Notes under the pieces: generated by a model
What the model was told of the DNA's origin: nothing
The model's input: only the letters and a program-made list of their open reading frames with translations
The model's database searches: none
DNA from: Clostridia bacterium
Lineage (GTDB): Bacteria; Bacillota; Clostridia; UBA1381
Assembly: GCA_045542415.1 (NCBI GenBank)
Contig: JAZQKZ010000031.1
Coordinates: 1-64,000, forward strand
Length of the DNA: 64,000 bases
Reading direction: 5' to 3'
Shown here: positions 8,349 to 19,116 of the stretch, piece after piece
How the letters are laid out: each line of letters opens with the position of its first letter
How positions within the stretch are numbered: position 1 is the first letter of the stretch
Program-made: the position numbers and the translations under genes

Positions 8349-10388
8349 TTAAAATTCTCTGTAAAAATCATTTTTCATTTCGGACATTACCAGATATGCC
8401 TCTTTTCCGTAAAGCAGCTTTGCCGGAACTCTCCACTTTGCTCCATAGTAGAACTCATCTGCTACAAGCTGACCGTCAGCATAAAGCTGTGCCACATCAC
8501 ACTCAAACGGAATTTCAATAAATCCCGCATCTGTATTTACCTCTACTTTTTTCCACATAAGCTTACGCTCACCGTTTATATGCAACTCTTCAGGATGTGA
8601 CGGCTCAATCGGTGCCGAAGCAAGGTCAGTAAATATTACCTGTGCCTGATTTATACTGTTATCAACACTTCCGTTTTCAAACTCCGTACCGTTCCATACC
8701 TTATATGTATAGCTGCCGTACTGAATCACCTCAATTTGACCATCATACTCATACAAGTCGCACTTATCACCGACATAAAGCTTACCCAAAAGCAGTCTTG
8801 CATATCTCGCCTCATCCCATGTAAGGGTTATGATTTTTATACCATTATAGTCAAAGCTGCCCTTGAATATATCATCACCGAATTTATACTCTGCTTCTAT
8901 TCCGTTTATTCCGATAAAGAAATATGTATTATCAACCTTGCATAATGGCTGTGCAGTTGCATATTCAAGCATGTTTTTGCCAAGCTTCATGTTATACGGC
9001 ATAAAGAACGCAATATCACCGCATACATCAATTGACGGAAATACCACAGAGCCTGTATCAATTACCACATCATATACATCTCCAAGCGCGTCAAGTCTCT
9101 GATAGTGATTTACAAATACAAATCCGCTGTTACCGTCGGTTCTTAAACCGTAACGAAGTGAAGAATAATCATCACGCTTAGGCATGTATGATGCATTCAC
9201 AGCCTCCATAGGAGCAATGATATCACCGAAGCTCTTTATAAAAAGATGCAGTGTATTGAGCATTCCATACTGTTCTCTTGCCTCACCGTATTCAGATAAT
9301 GCAGTCTGGAAATCATATGAAAGTATCGGCAAATCATTCGGGTAACCCGTTGCTTTCGTTTCATTGAACGTAGAAAGCTTACCAATCTTATTCACACCTC
9401 CATGATACATATAATATCCTGCAAGATTGTTGCCACTGCCGATTTTAACAAGCGACAGTGCGTATATATCCATCGGCTTGATCCAAGGTCTGCGGTGATG
9501 TGTCACCTGAATACCGCCGCCAAGCTCACATGTAGCGAACGGATAGCGTTCATATGGAAGCTGATAGCCGTCGGTTGCAATATGACCTATCAAATCTGTA
9601 CCGATTGCCGAGTCGTTACGCATTTTATTAAAGAAATAATGACTTGACGGCTTCTGCTTGTTCATATGCTGATCCCAGGGTGCCTCGGGGTAACCTCCGA
9701 ACACCGGCACAACCTCGTCAAGCGGAAGCTTTGCACCTGCGGCACTGTTCCAGCCTGTTGCCGTATATAACGGTACAACAAAACCTGCATCAATTGCCAT
9801 TTCTTTGAGCTTTGCGATATGTTCCGCAATATCAACAAGCTCATTTTCAAGCTGCACGGCAATTATATTGCCTCCATCCTTGTAGAAGAGACCCTGAAGC
9901 TGCTCATAAATTTTATCAAACCAGATTTTAACCTTTGCAAGGTATTCAGCATTATTGTCTCTAAGCTTGTAAGGCTTTTGGAGTAACCAGTCCGGGAAGC
10001 CGCCATTTCTGCATTCACCGTGCGCCCAGGGTCCGAAGCGTATAACAACATCAAGTCCCAGTTCCTTACACAGCTCAACAAATGTGCGTATATCAAGGTC
10101 ACCGTTAAAATCAAACTCTCCCTCAATTTCCTCATGATATATCCAGAAAAGATATGTCGCAACCAAGGTTATGCCACCGGCTTTCATTTTGCAAAGCTCT
10201 TTTTTCCAGTTTTCACGGTTATCACGGGAGAAGTGATACTCACCCATTACAGCAATCCAGGGTTTTCCTCCACGTTCAAAGTAAAGACTTGTAACGTCAA
10301 TTCTTTCGCCGTCCGGATTTGAACCGCCGACGTTTAAGTGGTTGCGCAAAAGTTCCGATTTTTTATATTCCTTGAAAGTATATCGCAT
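8349..10388 (-). CDS. Beta-galactosidase, glycoside hydrolase family 35 (intracellular)
   Basis: 679 aa. GH35 N-terminal catalytic signature (GGNIIAVQLENE, with the catalytic Glu in the ENE context). FGPWAHGECRNGGFPDWL block. No signal peptide. Confidence 0.8.
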   Translation of the reverse strand: MRYTFKEYKKSELLRNHLNVGGSNPDGERIDVTSLYFERGGKPWIAVMGEYHFSRDNRENWKKELCKMKAGGITLVATYLFWIYHEEIEGEFDFNGDLDIRTFVELCKELGLDVVIRFGPWAHGECRNGGFPDWLLQKPYKLRDNNAEYLAKVKIWFDKIYEQLQGLFYKDGGNIIAVQLENELVDIAEHIAKLKEMAIDAGFVVPLYTATGWNSAAGAKLPLDEVVPVFGGYPEAPWDQHMNKQKPSSHYFFNKMRNDSAIGTDLIGHIATDGYQLPYERYPFATCELGGGIQVTHHRRPWIKPMDIYALSLVKIGSGNNLAGYYMYHGGVNKIGKLSTFNETKATGYPNDLPILSYDFQTALSEYGEAREQYGMLNTLHLFIKSFGDIIAPMEAVNASYMPKRDDYSSLRYGLRTDGNSGFVFVNHYQRLDALGDVYDVVIDTGSVVFPSIDVCGDIAFFMPYNMKLGKNMLEYATAQPLCKVDNTYFFIGINGIEAEYKFGDDIFKGSFDYNGIKIITLTWDEARYARLLLGKLYVGDKCDLYEYDGQIEVIQYGSYTYKVWNGTEFENGSVDNSINQAQVIFTDLASAPIEPSHPEELHINGERKLMWKKVEVNTDAGFIEIPFECDVAQLYADGQLVADEFYYGAKWRVPAKLLYGKEAYLVMSEMKNDFYREF

Positions 10389-10500
10389 AATGAATACCTT
10401 CCTATCTCTGTTTTTTCTTTAGAATACCATATCAGGGATTATTTTTCAAGTACTTCGCAATTTTTATATATTTTTCAGCAAGAAAACAAAAATTCCTAAA

Positions 10501-10537
10501 CGAAAGGGAGCTGTTCAAATGAACAACTCCCTTTGAA
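10501..10537 (-). terminator. Rho-independent terminator after the beta-helix protein gene
   Basis: Stem AAAGGGAG...CTCCCTTT followed on the minus strand by a T-rich run. Confidence 0.5.
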
Positions 10538-10538
10538 A

Positions 10539-13500
10539 TTACTTCTTCGCACTAAGTGTCACACTGCTGCTTCCTGTATATGTTCCGCCTGTAACAAGAC
10601 CGTATGTACCATCAGTACTTCCGCTGACTTCACCGCCCGATACACTTCCGCCATAGTTCAATGTATAGCTGCTGCCGGATGTAAGTCCCGGTGCTGATAC
10701 CATTACCCATGCATAAGTCTTTGACGGAACATAAGTTACTATCTCATTTCCGCTTGCATCAGTAAGCTTAAATGCCTTACCTGCTGACTGACTTGTGAAG
10801 CTGCCTGTCGAGCTGCTGCTCTGACCCGGACGACCACCGCCCATTCCACCGCTGCTGCCTGATGTAACAACATAAGCCTGCGAATTTGTTGATGAGTTCG
10901 GTGTTACCGACATATCCGCACTGCCTGCACCGATTACTATACCGCCTGTGACTGTAAGTGTATAATTGCTTCCGTCACCGATATCAAATACGCCGTTACC
11001 GCCCGAGGTCGGACCGTTTACGAATACCATACCGCCGCTGACTAACGCTGATCCGTTTGAGTCAAAGCCGTCGCCCTCTGCTTCGATATAAAGCATACCG
11101 CCTGTAACCTCCAAGTAACCGTAGGTTGATGTATCCTCCTGTCCCCAGTTACCACCGCCGTTGAAACCGCCTGCCATAAGACTCGCCGACTCTGAAAGCG
11201 CTGCAGCTTCAACCGAATATGCATCCTCTGTCGGTTGGTCTCCTGCTGCATTGGCACCATCGTCCGACGCAACTACTCTAGTTTCACCGCCTGAGATATA
11301 AATTTCAGCTGCTTCAATTCCCTCATAGCTCTTGGTTACGTTAATCTTCGCACCCTCGCCTATGTAGAGATAATAATCGCCATGAACACCGTCGTCACCC
11401 GTTGCGGCAGTAATGTCACCGCCGTTAATTCTTACAGTGTGATTTGAATGAATTGCATCGTCATATGTATCAATATCAAATGTACCGCCTGTGATATTCA
11501 CAAGCTGACCTGCCTTTACGCCCTTGCAACTATCTGCCGCCTCGGCATTGTTCTCTGATGCCTGTGCAGGCGAACCACCGTATGCAGTCACATCAAATGT
11601 ACCGCCCGAAATATCTAAGATATAATCACTCTGGATACAGTCCATATATGAATCGATTATAAACTCGCCGTCAGTAATCGTTATATCACCCGTACCGCAC
11701 TGGATTCCGTCCTCACTGCATGTAATGTTTATTTTACCGCCCGTGAATTCCATTTCTCCATCCACCTGATAAAGAATAGTTTCTCCGTCAGTATCTGTGA
11801 TTGTTTCGTTTACCTGAATACCCTCAAGTGCCTTTAAAATTGTAATTTCGCCACCTGAAACAGTGATTTTCTTAACCGCCTTTATAGCGTCCTCACCTGC
11901 TTCAATTTCGATTGTGCCGCCACTGATTTCAATTGCACCGTCACCCTCTGCAAGAGTTACATCAGCAGTAGAATCAGCAAGATATCCAATACTTGATGCA
12001 TTCGCCTTCAAGGCTTCGCCCGTTGCATTGATTTTTATTGTTCCGCCCTTGATTGTAAGCAGTGTATCAGCCTGAATACCATCGCTCGTTGATACCTCAC
12101 CTGTTGTTGCATCAACCTCTGTTCCTGTTGTGATTGTTATATCACCACCGTTTATAGTAACCGTTCCACCGATAACCTCTCCTGTTGTTGCATCAAGCTC
12201 TGTCGGAGCTGTATCTGACTTGATGCCATCACCTACCGAATCAATAGTTATTGACTTATTCTTCTTTGTAACCTTTACTGAGTTATCACCCTTGATACCG
12301 TTATTTCCTGCCTTTACATAAATATCGCATACACCGATTTCAAGGTCTGCCTTTGAACGAATACCGTTTCCGTTTTCGGAAATTGCATTAATCTTACCGT
12401 CACCCTTGATTGTAAGATCATTCTTTGAATTAATTGCACAGCCGTCAGTTGTTGTAAATGTATTTTCCGTATCAGCTAACGGCACGAGTGTAATCTTACC
12501 CTTTTTACCGCTTATCGGGTCCTCCGATACCGATGTTACATTTACATTGTCAAGGTTAAGGATAATTTCGTCATCTGCTGTTGCGGATGATACTACAATC
12601 TGTCCCTCGTCAAGTGTACCCTCAACAGTATATTCACCAGGTGCTGAAATTGTAACAACACTTCCTACAACCGATGCACCCTCAACACCTGCCGCATTAA
12701 TTTCAGTACCCATAAGATGGATTATTCCATCTCCCTCCGGTACCTCTGTCGGCTCCGGAGTAGCTTCCGGTTCCGCTGTTGCACTACCTGTTGCAGTTCC
12801 GTATATAATAATATCATTAACCGCATATTCGCCGCTGTTACCTGTCAATACACCGCCGTTGATTGTTGTATTATCTGCCGGAACAATTCTTATGTAAAGC
12901 TTTTCAAGCTCTGATGAATCCGGAATACTTACTTTTTCAAAAGCATTGAAAAGCGTTTTATTGCTTGTTAACGTGTATTCTGTAACATTATTGAAGGTCA
13001 CTCCGTCTGTTGAATACTGTAATGCAATATTTGCAGGTCCTTTCTTTGTTGCACCCACCTTTGCCGATACCGTTATATCGGTATAGCCAAGTGTTGATAG
13101 TTCAACCTGAATATACGGATTTTCTCCCCATGCAGTTATTGGGGCAAGTGCAGGTGTATTTCTCACCAAGCCGCAGTCAGGGTCTGTATAGTCGCCCGAT
13201 GTAAGCGTCAATGCCGTTGCATTCGTTCCGTCCTCACTTGCTGAAATAAACGCCTGCGCAATTCCGTCTGTGTTATATTTATCTATCTTTGAATTGTTAA
13301 CATATCTGAATGCCGAAATAGCCCCCTCCTCAAGCGGTACTATTGTAGGTACTGCTGTCGGCTCCGGAGTTGCTGTTTCTGCCGGTGCATCCGTCACTGT
13401 CGGTACCTCTGTTGCTTGCGGTGTTTCTTCCGGAGTTGCTGTCTCTGCCGGCACCTCTGTTGCTTGCGGTGTTTCTGCCGGTGCTTCTGTCTCTGACGGT

Positions 13501-13901
13501 ACCTCTGTTACTTCCGGCTTTTCTGTTGCTTCTGTATTTCCATTCCATACAAACATTCCCGACATCGGCTCAATTGTCATATTGCCGTTATCGTCATTCT
13601 TCCAAACAAAGCCCTTTAAACTTTCGCCCTCACCTACAGTCAGGGCATCCGAAAAAGTAACTACTTTTTCACCCTCACCGCTTAAATCCTGCCCTGAGAT
13701 TACAAGCCTCATCAATCTGCCGTCAGCATCATACACCGCAGCAATGCTCTTTCCGTTTTCCGCCTCACTCTTTGAAACTGTCATCGACTGCAACACACCG
13801 TCTGTAACGGTCATATCCGTTACAACCGCCGCCTGCGCTGTAGTCATAAGCATCGCAGTGCTTAATACGAGCGATAAAATCTTTCTTTTCATATAAAACA
13901 T
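10539..13901 (-). CDS. Secreted 1120-aa parallel beta-helix repeat protein (Cthe_2159-like carbohydrate-binding family) with Pro/Thr/Glu linkers and Gly/Ser-rich C-terminus
   Basis: Signal peptide. Many GG(T/E)I(T/E)I / DGI(K/Q) beta-helix rungs. Two PT-rich linkers. No catalytic motif recognised. Confidence 0.6.
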   Translation of the reverse strand: MFYMKRKILSLVLSTAMLMTTAQAAVVTDMTVTDGVLQSMTVSKSEAENGKSIAAVYDADGRLMRLVISGQDLSGEGEKVVTFSDALTVGEGESLKGFVWKNDDNGNMTIEPMSGMFVWNGNTEATEKPEVTEVPSETEAPAETPQATEVPAETATPEETPQATEVPTVTDAPAETATPEPTAVPTIVPLEEGAISAFRYVNNSKIDKYNTDGIAQAFISASEDGTNATALTLTSGDYTDPDCGLVRNTPALAPITAWGENPYIQVELSTLGYTDITVSAKVGATKKGPANIALQYSTDGVTFNNVTEYTLTSNKTLFNAFEKVSIPDSSELEKLYIRIVPADNTTINGGVLTGNSGEYAVNDIIIYGTATGSATAEPEATPEPTEVPEGDGIIHLMGTEINAAGVEGASVVGSVVTISAPGEYTVEGTLDEGQIVVSSATADDEIILNLDNVNVTSVSEDPISGKKGKITLVPLADTENTFTTTDGCAINSKNDLTIKGDGKINAISENGNGIRSKADLEIGVCDIYVKAGNNGIKGDNSVKVTKKNKSITIDSVGDGIKSDTAPTELDATTGEVIGGTVTINGGDITITTGTEVDATTGEVSTSDGIQADTLLTIKGGTIKINATGEALKANASSIGYLADSTADVTLAEGDGAIEISGGTIEIEAGEDAIKAVKKITVSGGEITILKALEGIQVNETITDTDGETILYQVDGEMEFTGGKINITCSEDGIQCGTGDITITDGEFIIDSYMDCIQSDYILDISGGTFDVTAYGGSPAQASENNAEAADSCKGVKAGQLVNITGGTFDIDTYDDAIHSNHTVRINGGDITAATGDDGVHGDYYLYIGEGAKINVTKSYEGIEAAEIYISGGETRVVASDDGANAAGDQPTEDAYSVEAAALSESASLMAGGFNGGGNWGQEDTSTYGYLEVTGGMLYIEAEGDGFDSNGSALVSGGMVFVNGPTSGGNGVFDIGDGSNYTLTVTGGIVIGAGSADMSVTPNSSTNSQAYVVTSGSSGGMGGGRPGQSSSSTGSFTSQSAGKAFKLTDASGNEIVTYVPSKTYAWVMVSAPGLTSGSSYTLNYGGSVSGGEVSGSTDGTYGLVTGGTYTGSSSVTLSAKK
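13385..13530 (-). repeat. Tandem ~45-nt coding repeats (PT-linker TEVPAETATPEETPQA...)
   Basis: Direct nucleotide repeats GGTACCTCTGTTGCTTGCGGTGTTTCT... visible three times; in-frame linker of the beta-helix protein. Confidence 0.6.
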
Positions 13902-14202
13902 CCTTTCTTAAAATTTCCATAATTCTCTATGCTACCATTGTATATCCCAAACCTTAAAATTTCCTTAAAATCAGCTCGCACATTTTACATATAAAACCGT
14001 ATTTTTCAATTCATTATTTGTGATATTTTCACCACCATTTTTAACAAATGCGATACCTATGCGATTTTTGCCGTTGCAGACCAATGATTAATATTTCATT
14101 TCAATTGAAGCCGACTTTATTTTTGTGCTTTTAACTCTATTTTCCTTATATAATGTACAATTATTTATTGACACATTAGTACAAAATTCATTAAAATCCA
14201 CC

Positions 14203-14237
14203 AAGATAAAAAGAAGAAGGCTGAAATCAGCCTTCTT
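14203..14237 (-). terminator. Rho-independent terminator of lysA
   Basis: Stem AAGAAGGCTGA/TCAGCCTTCTT then CTTTTTATCTT on the minus strand. Confidence 0.6.
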
Positions 14238-15548
14238 TTAAAATACATCATTCCTTAAAACATCCTCATAAGTCTCTCGCTTTATAACAACCTTTGCCTC
14301 GCCGTCCTTTACAGCAACCACTGCCGGACGCGGTATTCTGTTATAATTCGATGACATTGAATAATTATATGCACCTGTTGCAAGTACTGCCAATGTATCG
14401 CCAACCTCAACCGGTTCAATCTCGATATGCTCTGCTAAAAGATCGCCCGATTCACAGCACTTGCCTGCTATTGTTACCTTGTCTGTTCTCGGCAAACCTG
14501 CCTTGTTTGCAACTACTGCGGTATATTCTGACTGATACATAATGTATCTGGGATTATCGCTCATTCCTCCATCAACGCTTACATACTTTCTGACATTTTT
14601 TATATCTTTAATGCCACCTACTGTATAAAGCGTAATACCTGCCGATGCAACAATTGAACGTCCCGGCTCCATAAGTATGAACGGAATCTCCAAGCCTCGC
14701 TTCTTCGCTGTAGTCTTCACTACCTCACTGACATGCTTGATATACTCATCATACGGAACAGGGTCATCACTTTCAACATATCTTATGCCGTAGCCGCCGC
14801 CAAGATTGAGCTTCTTGATTTCAAGACCAAGCTCATCCTTAAGATCACCGGCAAAGTTCATCATAACCTCTGCCGCTTTCATAAACGGCTCGATATCAAA
14901 AATCTGCGAACCGATATGACAGTGTATTCCGTCCGGATTTACATTTGACATTTCATTTGCCTTTTTATAAATTTCAAAGGCTTCTCCGTTTTCTAACGCT
15001 ACACCAAACTTTGAGTCAATCTGTCCCGTCTGGACAAAGCTGTGCGTATGTGCATCAATTCCCGGCTTGATACGGAACATTATATCCTGCACAATGCCTC
15101 TTGCCTTTGCTATCTCATTAAGCCTTTCAAGCTCATAAATATTATCGCAGATAATGTGCCCTACTCCGTTTTCTACTGCAAGCTCCAGCTCTTCAACTGT
15201 TTTATTGCTGCCGTGAAAATACACCTTATCCATCGGAAAGCCTGCTTTAATCGCAGTATAAAGCTCACCGCCCGATACCACATCAATGCCAAGACCCTCT
15301 TCATTTACTATTTTACAGGTATATACCGAGCAAAATGCCTTGTTTGCATACAGCACAAGACCCTTTCCTCCGTAATATTTATCCATTGCGTTTTTATACA
15401 CCCTGCAATTTTCTCTTAATAAATCTTCGTCAAGAACATACAGAGGAGTCTTAAACTCCTTTGCAAGCTCTACAGTATCATTTTTACCGATAACGAGATG
15501 ATTTTTCTCATTTACGGATAAATTCTCTGATACGAACATCGATATCAC
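14238..15548 (-). CDS. lysA: Diaminopimelate decarboxylase
   Basis: 436 aa, PLP-dependent decarboxylase fold II. Motifs YANKAF (PLP-Lys region), GGGYGI and CESGD are present. Confidence 0.85.
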   Translation of the reverse strand: MISMFVSENLSVNEKNHLVIGKNDTVELAKEFKTPLYVLDEDLLRENCRVYKNAMDKYYGGKGLVLYANKAFCSVYTCKIVNEEGLGIDVVSGGELYTAIKAGFPMDKVYFHGSNKTVEELELAVENGVGHIICDNIYELERLNEIAKARGIVQDIMFRIKPGIDAHTHSFVQTGQIDSKFGVALENGEAFEIYKKANEMSNVNPDGIHCHIGSQIFDIEPFMKAAEVMMNFAGDLKDELGLEIKKLNLGGGYGIRYVESDDPVPYDEYIKHVSEVVKTTAKKRGLEIPFILMEPGRSIVASAGITLYTVGGIKDIKNVRKYVSVDGGMSDNPRYIMYQSEYTAVVANKAGLPRTDKVTIAGKCCESGDLLAEHIEIEPVEVGDTLAVLATGAYNYSMSSNYNRIPRPAVVAVKDGEAKVVIKRETYEDVLRNDVF

Positions 15549-15557
15549 CCTCTATTG

Positions 15558-16838
15558 TTAATTATTCTCACTTTCAGGCAAAGCCTTTGCCGTTGCAACC
15601 CTCTTTCGTCTTGCACGCTTAATTACAGGTAATGCACCGTCTGTGACACATTCCTTTGTTACAATTACTTTCTTAATTGTCTTATCTGAGGGAGTATCAA
15701 ACATTATATCCGAAACTGTCTCCTCAATAATCGCTCTGAGACCTCTTGCTCCTGTATTTCTTTCTATTGCCTTATCTGCTATGGCTTCAACCGCTTCCTT
15801 TTCAAATTCAAGCTCTACACCGTCCATATCCATCAATGCCTGATATTGCTTAATCAAAGCATTCTTAGGCTTTGTAAGAATTGTAACGAGTGTGTCCTTG
15901 TCAAGCAAATCAAGCTTTGCAAATACCGGAAGTCTTCCGACAAACTCCGGAATGAGTCCGAATTTCAATAAATCCTGCGGTAAAATATTTGCAAGTATTT
16001 CATTCAGATTCATATTCCTGCGGCTTTCAATCTTTGCACCGAAGCCCAGTGCCTTTGTGCCAATTCTGTCGCCTATTATCTTCTCAATACCTTCAAACGC
16101 ACCGCCGCATATAAAGAGAATATTGGTTGTATCAATCTGTATGCATTCCTGATTCGGATGCTTTCTTCCGCCCTGCGGCGGTACATTTGCAACCGTTCCC
16201 TCAAGTATCTTTAACAGTGCCTGCTGTACACCCTCACCGCTTACATCGCGTGTAATTGATACATTTTCCGATTTTCTTGCAACCTTATCTATTTCATCGA
16301 TATATATAATTCCCCGCTGTGCCGCATCAATGTCATAATCAGCCGCCTGAATAAGCTTTAAAAGAATGTTCTCTACATCCTCGCCGACATAGCCCGCCTC
16401 GGTAAGTGAGGTTGCATCAGCAATCGCAAACGGAACGTTCAATACTTTCGCAAGATTCTGCACAAGAAATGTCTTACCGCTGCCTGTAGGTCCGAGAATA
16501 AGAATATTACTCTTCTGAAGCTCCACACCGTTGTCCGCACCGCCGTGATTTATTCTCTTATAATGATTATATACAGCTACCGACAAAAGTTTCTTCGCCT
16601 GCTCCTGACCGATAACGTACTTATCAAGAAATTCCTTTATTTCATGCGGTGTGGGAAGGTTCTCAACTCCCGAATATGATTCATTATTTATCTCAAGCTC
16701 ACCTGCGAGAATACTGTTGCACACATCTACACACTCATCGCAGATATAAACACCATGTCCCGAAAGCAGACGTGCAACCTGATCTCCGAACTTACCGCAA
16801 AACGAACATCTTGCCTTATTATTTTCGCCCATAAACAA
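15558..16838 (-). CDS. clpX: ATP-dependent Clp protease ATP-binding subunit ClpX
   Basis: Zinc-binding domain CSFCGK...CDEC, Walker [12 protein letters not shown]-like loop. Confidence 0.92.
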   Translation of the reverse strand: MFMGENNKARCSFCGKFGDQVARLLSGHGVYICDECVDVCNSILAGELEINNESYSGVENLPTPHEIKEFLDKYVIGQEQAKKLLSVAVYNHYKRINHGGADNGVELQKSNILILGPTGSGKTFLVQNLAKVLNVPFAIADATSLTEAGYVGEDVENILLKLIQAADYDIDAAQRGIIYIDEIDKVARKSENVSITRDVSGEGVQQALLKILEGTVANVPPQGGRKHPNQECIQIDTTNILFICGGAFEGIEKIIGDRIGTKALGFGAKIESRRNMNLNEILANILPQDLLKFGLIPEFVGRLPVFAKLDLLDKDTLVTILTKPKNALIKQYQALMDMDGVELEFEKEAVEAIADKAIERNTGARGLRAIIEETVSDIMFDTPSDKTIKKVIVTKECVTDGALPVIKRARRKRVATAKALPESENN

Positions 16839-16916
16839 ATCCCTTCAAAATTTCAAAAAGTTATCATAATGCACACAAACACCGTATGCCGAAACATACG
16901 ATGTTATGCGATAATG

Positions 16917-17510
16917 TTATTTTCTTGTAATAACCTCGTCGATGAGACCGTATTCCTTAGCCTGCTCTGCAGTGAGATAATTATCACGCTCAGTATCAAG
17001 GCAAATCTGCTCATATGTCTGACCGGTTCTTTCAGCCATAATTCTGTTCATACGCTCTCTGATTCTGATAATATGGTCAGCATGAATCTTGATATCCGTA
17101 GCCTGTCCGCCAAGACCGCCCGAAATCAACGGCTGATGAATCATAACCTCACTGTGCGGAAGTGAATATCTCTTGCCCTTTGTACCTGCCATGAGGAGGA
17201 ATGCTCCCATACTTGCCGCCATACCGATACAGATTGTTGATACATCACACTTGATATACTGCATTGTATCATAAATAGCCATACCTGCCGAAATCGATCC
17301 GCCCGGACTGTCGATATAAAGCTGTATATCCTTGTCCGGATCCTTAGCCTCAAGATAAAGCAGCTGTGCCACTACAAGACTTGCAGTCTGGTCTGTTACC
17401 TGATCCGCCAAAAATATTATTCTGTCCTCTAATAATCTGGAGTAAATATCATAGGAACGCTCGCCTCTGTTGCTCTGTTCCACTACCATAGGTACTAATG
17501 CCATATTCAA
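16917..17510 (-). CDS. clpP: ATP-dependent Clp protease proteolytic subunit ClpP
   Basis: 197 aa. Ser-His-Asp triad context ([16 protein letters not shown]). Confidence 0.92.
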   Translation of the reverse strand: MNMALVPMVVEQSNRGERSYDIYSRLLEDRIIFLADQVTDQTASLVVAQLLYLEAKDPDKDIQLYIDSPGGSISAGMAIYDTMQYIKCDVSTICIGMAASMGAFLLMAGTKGKRYSLPHSEVMIHQPLISGGLGGQATDIKIHADHIIRIRERMNRIMAERTGQTYEQICLDTERDNYLTAEQAKEYGLIDEVITRK

Positions 17511-17582
17511 TTATCTCCTTTCAATACGGTTATAAATACGCCGAAGCAGATTGCTGCGGCGTATTTTTGTGTTTATTTTAAT

Positions 17583-18869
17583 TTATTTTACAACTGCGTT
17601 GTTTACAAGCATTGTAATTGTGTTCTGAATTCCGAGATCCTTCTTCATGCTCTCTCTTTCAGCCTCGCCTACAAGCTCCTTAATCTTGTCAAGCTCCATG
17701 TTGTACTTCTTTGACATATCAACGAATTCCATCTCAAGCTCTTCGTCTGTAGCAACAATGCCCTCAGCCTTCATGATTGCCTCAAGTACTAATGAACCTC
17801 TTACCTGTGTTTCAGCCTGCGGTCTGAACTGTGCCTTCATAGCTTCCATATTTGAGCCTGTGTACTGAAGATAAAGCTCAAGGTTCATTCCCTGATACTG
17901 TAATCTCTGAGCAAACTCATTGATTGAATTTTCAACCTGAGCCTCAATCATAGCCTCCGGAATATCAACCTCTGCGTTTGATACTACCTTTTCGATAACT
18001 GCATTCTCAGTTTCAACCTTAGCCTTGTTCTCTGCTGCCTCTGTGAGCTTTTCCTTTACTGACTCACGGTACTCAGCCATTGTCTCGAACTTACTTACCT
18101 CGCTTGCAAAATCGTCATCAAGCTCCGGAAGCTCACGAACCTTGATTTCCTTTACCTTACAAGCAAATACTGCTGCCTTGCCGGCTAAATTTTCTGCGTG
18201 ATACTCCTCCGGGAATGTTACGTTAACATTAACGTCTGCATCGATTTCTGCACCAACAAGCTGCTCCTCGAAGCCCGGAATGAATGTGCCTGAGCCAATC
18301 TCAAGCTCATAGTTCTCGCCCTTGCCACCATCAAACGGTACGCCGTCAACGCTACCCTCGAAATCGAGAACAACGATATCACCGTTTTCAACTGCACGGT
18401 CATCAACCTCGATAAGTCTTGCATTCTTCTGCTGTGTTGCTGCGATATCCTTATCTACATCCTCGTCTGTAACTGTTGCGTCAATCTTAGCAACCTCTAC
18501 ACCCTTATACTCACCGAGCTTAACCTCCGGCTTTGTTGTAACGAGTGCTGTAAATACCACCGGCTCACCCTTCTTGATGTCCTCAACATCGATTTCCGGT
18601 CTTGCAACTACATCAAGATCTGCTTCCTTGATTGCTGCCTCATATGCCTCCGGTAATACTGCGTTGATTGCCTCATCATAGAAAACTGCCTCTGTGTAAA
18701 GCTTCTCAATAATAGCCTTCGGAGCCTTACCCTTTCTGTAGCCCGGAACATTGAACTTACCAACATTCTTCTTGTAAGCTGCGTTTACAGCCTTTGCAAA
18801 ATCCTCTGCGCTAACCTCGAATGTTAACTTCACAAGATTCTTTTCAATTGATTCTGTCTTCACTGCCAT
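17583..18869 (-). CDS. tig: Trigger factor
   Basis: ORF 17583-18938. The likely start is MAVKTESIEKNLVKLTFEVS (trigger-factor N-terminal domain). Classic tig-clpP-clpX order. Confidence 0.88.
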   Translation of the reverse strand: MAVKTESIEKNLVKLTFEVSAEDFAKAVNAAYKKNVGKFNVPGYRKGKAPKAIIEKLYTEAVFYDEAINAVLPEAYEAAIKEADLDVVARPEIDVEDIKKGEPVVFTALVTTKPEVKLGEYKGVEVAKIDATVTDEDVDKDIAATQQKNARLIEVDDRAVENGDIVVLDFEGSVDGVPFDGGKGENYELEIGSGTFIPGFEEQLVGAEIDADVNVNVTFPEEYHAENLAGKAAVFACKVKEIKVRELPELDDDFASEVSKFETMAEYRESVKEKLTEAAENKAKVETENAVIEKVVSNAEVDIPEAMIEAQVENSINEFAQRLQYQGMNLELYLQYTGSNMEAMKAQFRPQAETQVRGSLVLEAIMKAEGIVATDEELEMEFVDMSKKYNMELDKIKELVGEAERESMKKDLGIQNTITMLVNNAVVK

Positions 18870-19116
18870 AGTGGTTTTATCCTCCTTGATTATGCATGCA
18901 TTGCATATGCACACACTTTTTTTCATTTTAACATACAATCCATTATACCACGCTTAAAAGAATTTTGCAATTATTTTTTGAAAAAAAATCAATTTTTTCC
19001 TTAAAATTTTCATTTTGTTCATATTAATGCACATTAAAAGACACATTTTCATACAATATGCAGTAGTATTTTCCTTAAAAACAGCACGGAGTGTTCTTTT
19101 GGAACACTCCGACAAC

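Noticed and set aside
13385-13530. Tandem direct repeats that could be mistaken for a CRISPR or minisatellite
   Set aside because: Repeats are contiguous with no unique spacers and in-frame within a CDS, encoding a Pro/Thr/Glu linker.
13270-13896. 208-aa plus-strand ORF and other ORFs (11042-11272, 11863-12897) inside the 10539-13901 gene
   Set aside because: They are mirror frames of a highly repetitive Gly/Thr/Ser-rich coding sequence. The minus-strand frame has a signal peptide and coherent domain structure.
16755-17165. 136-aa plus-strand ORF spanning the clpX-clpP junction
   Set aside because: It is antisense to two highly conserved genes and has no RBS.
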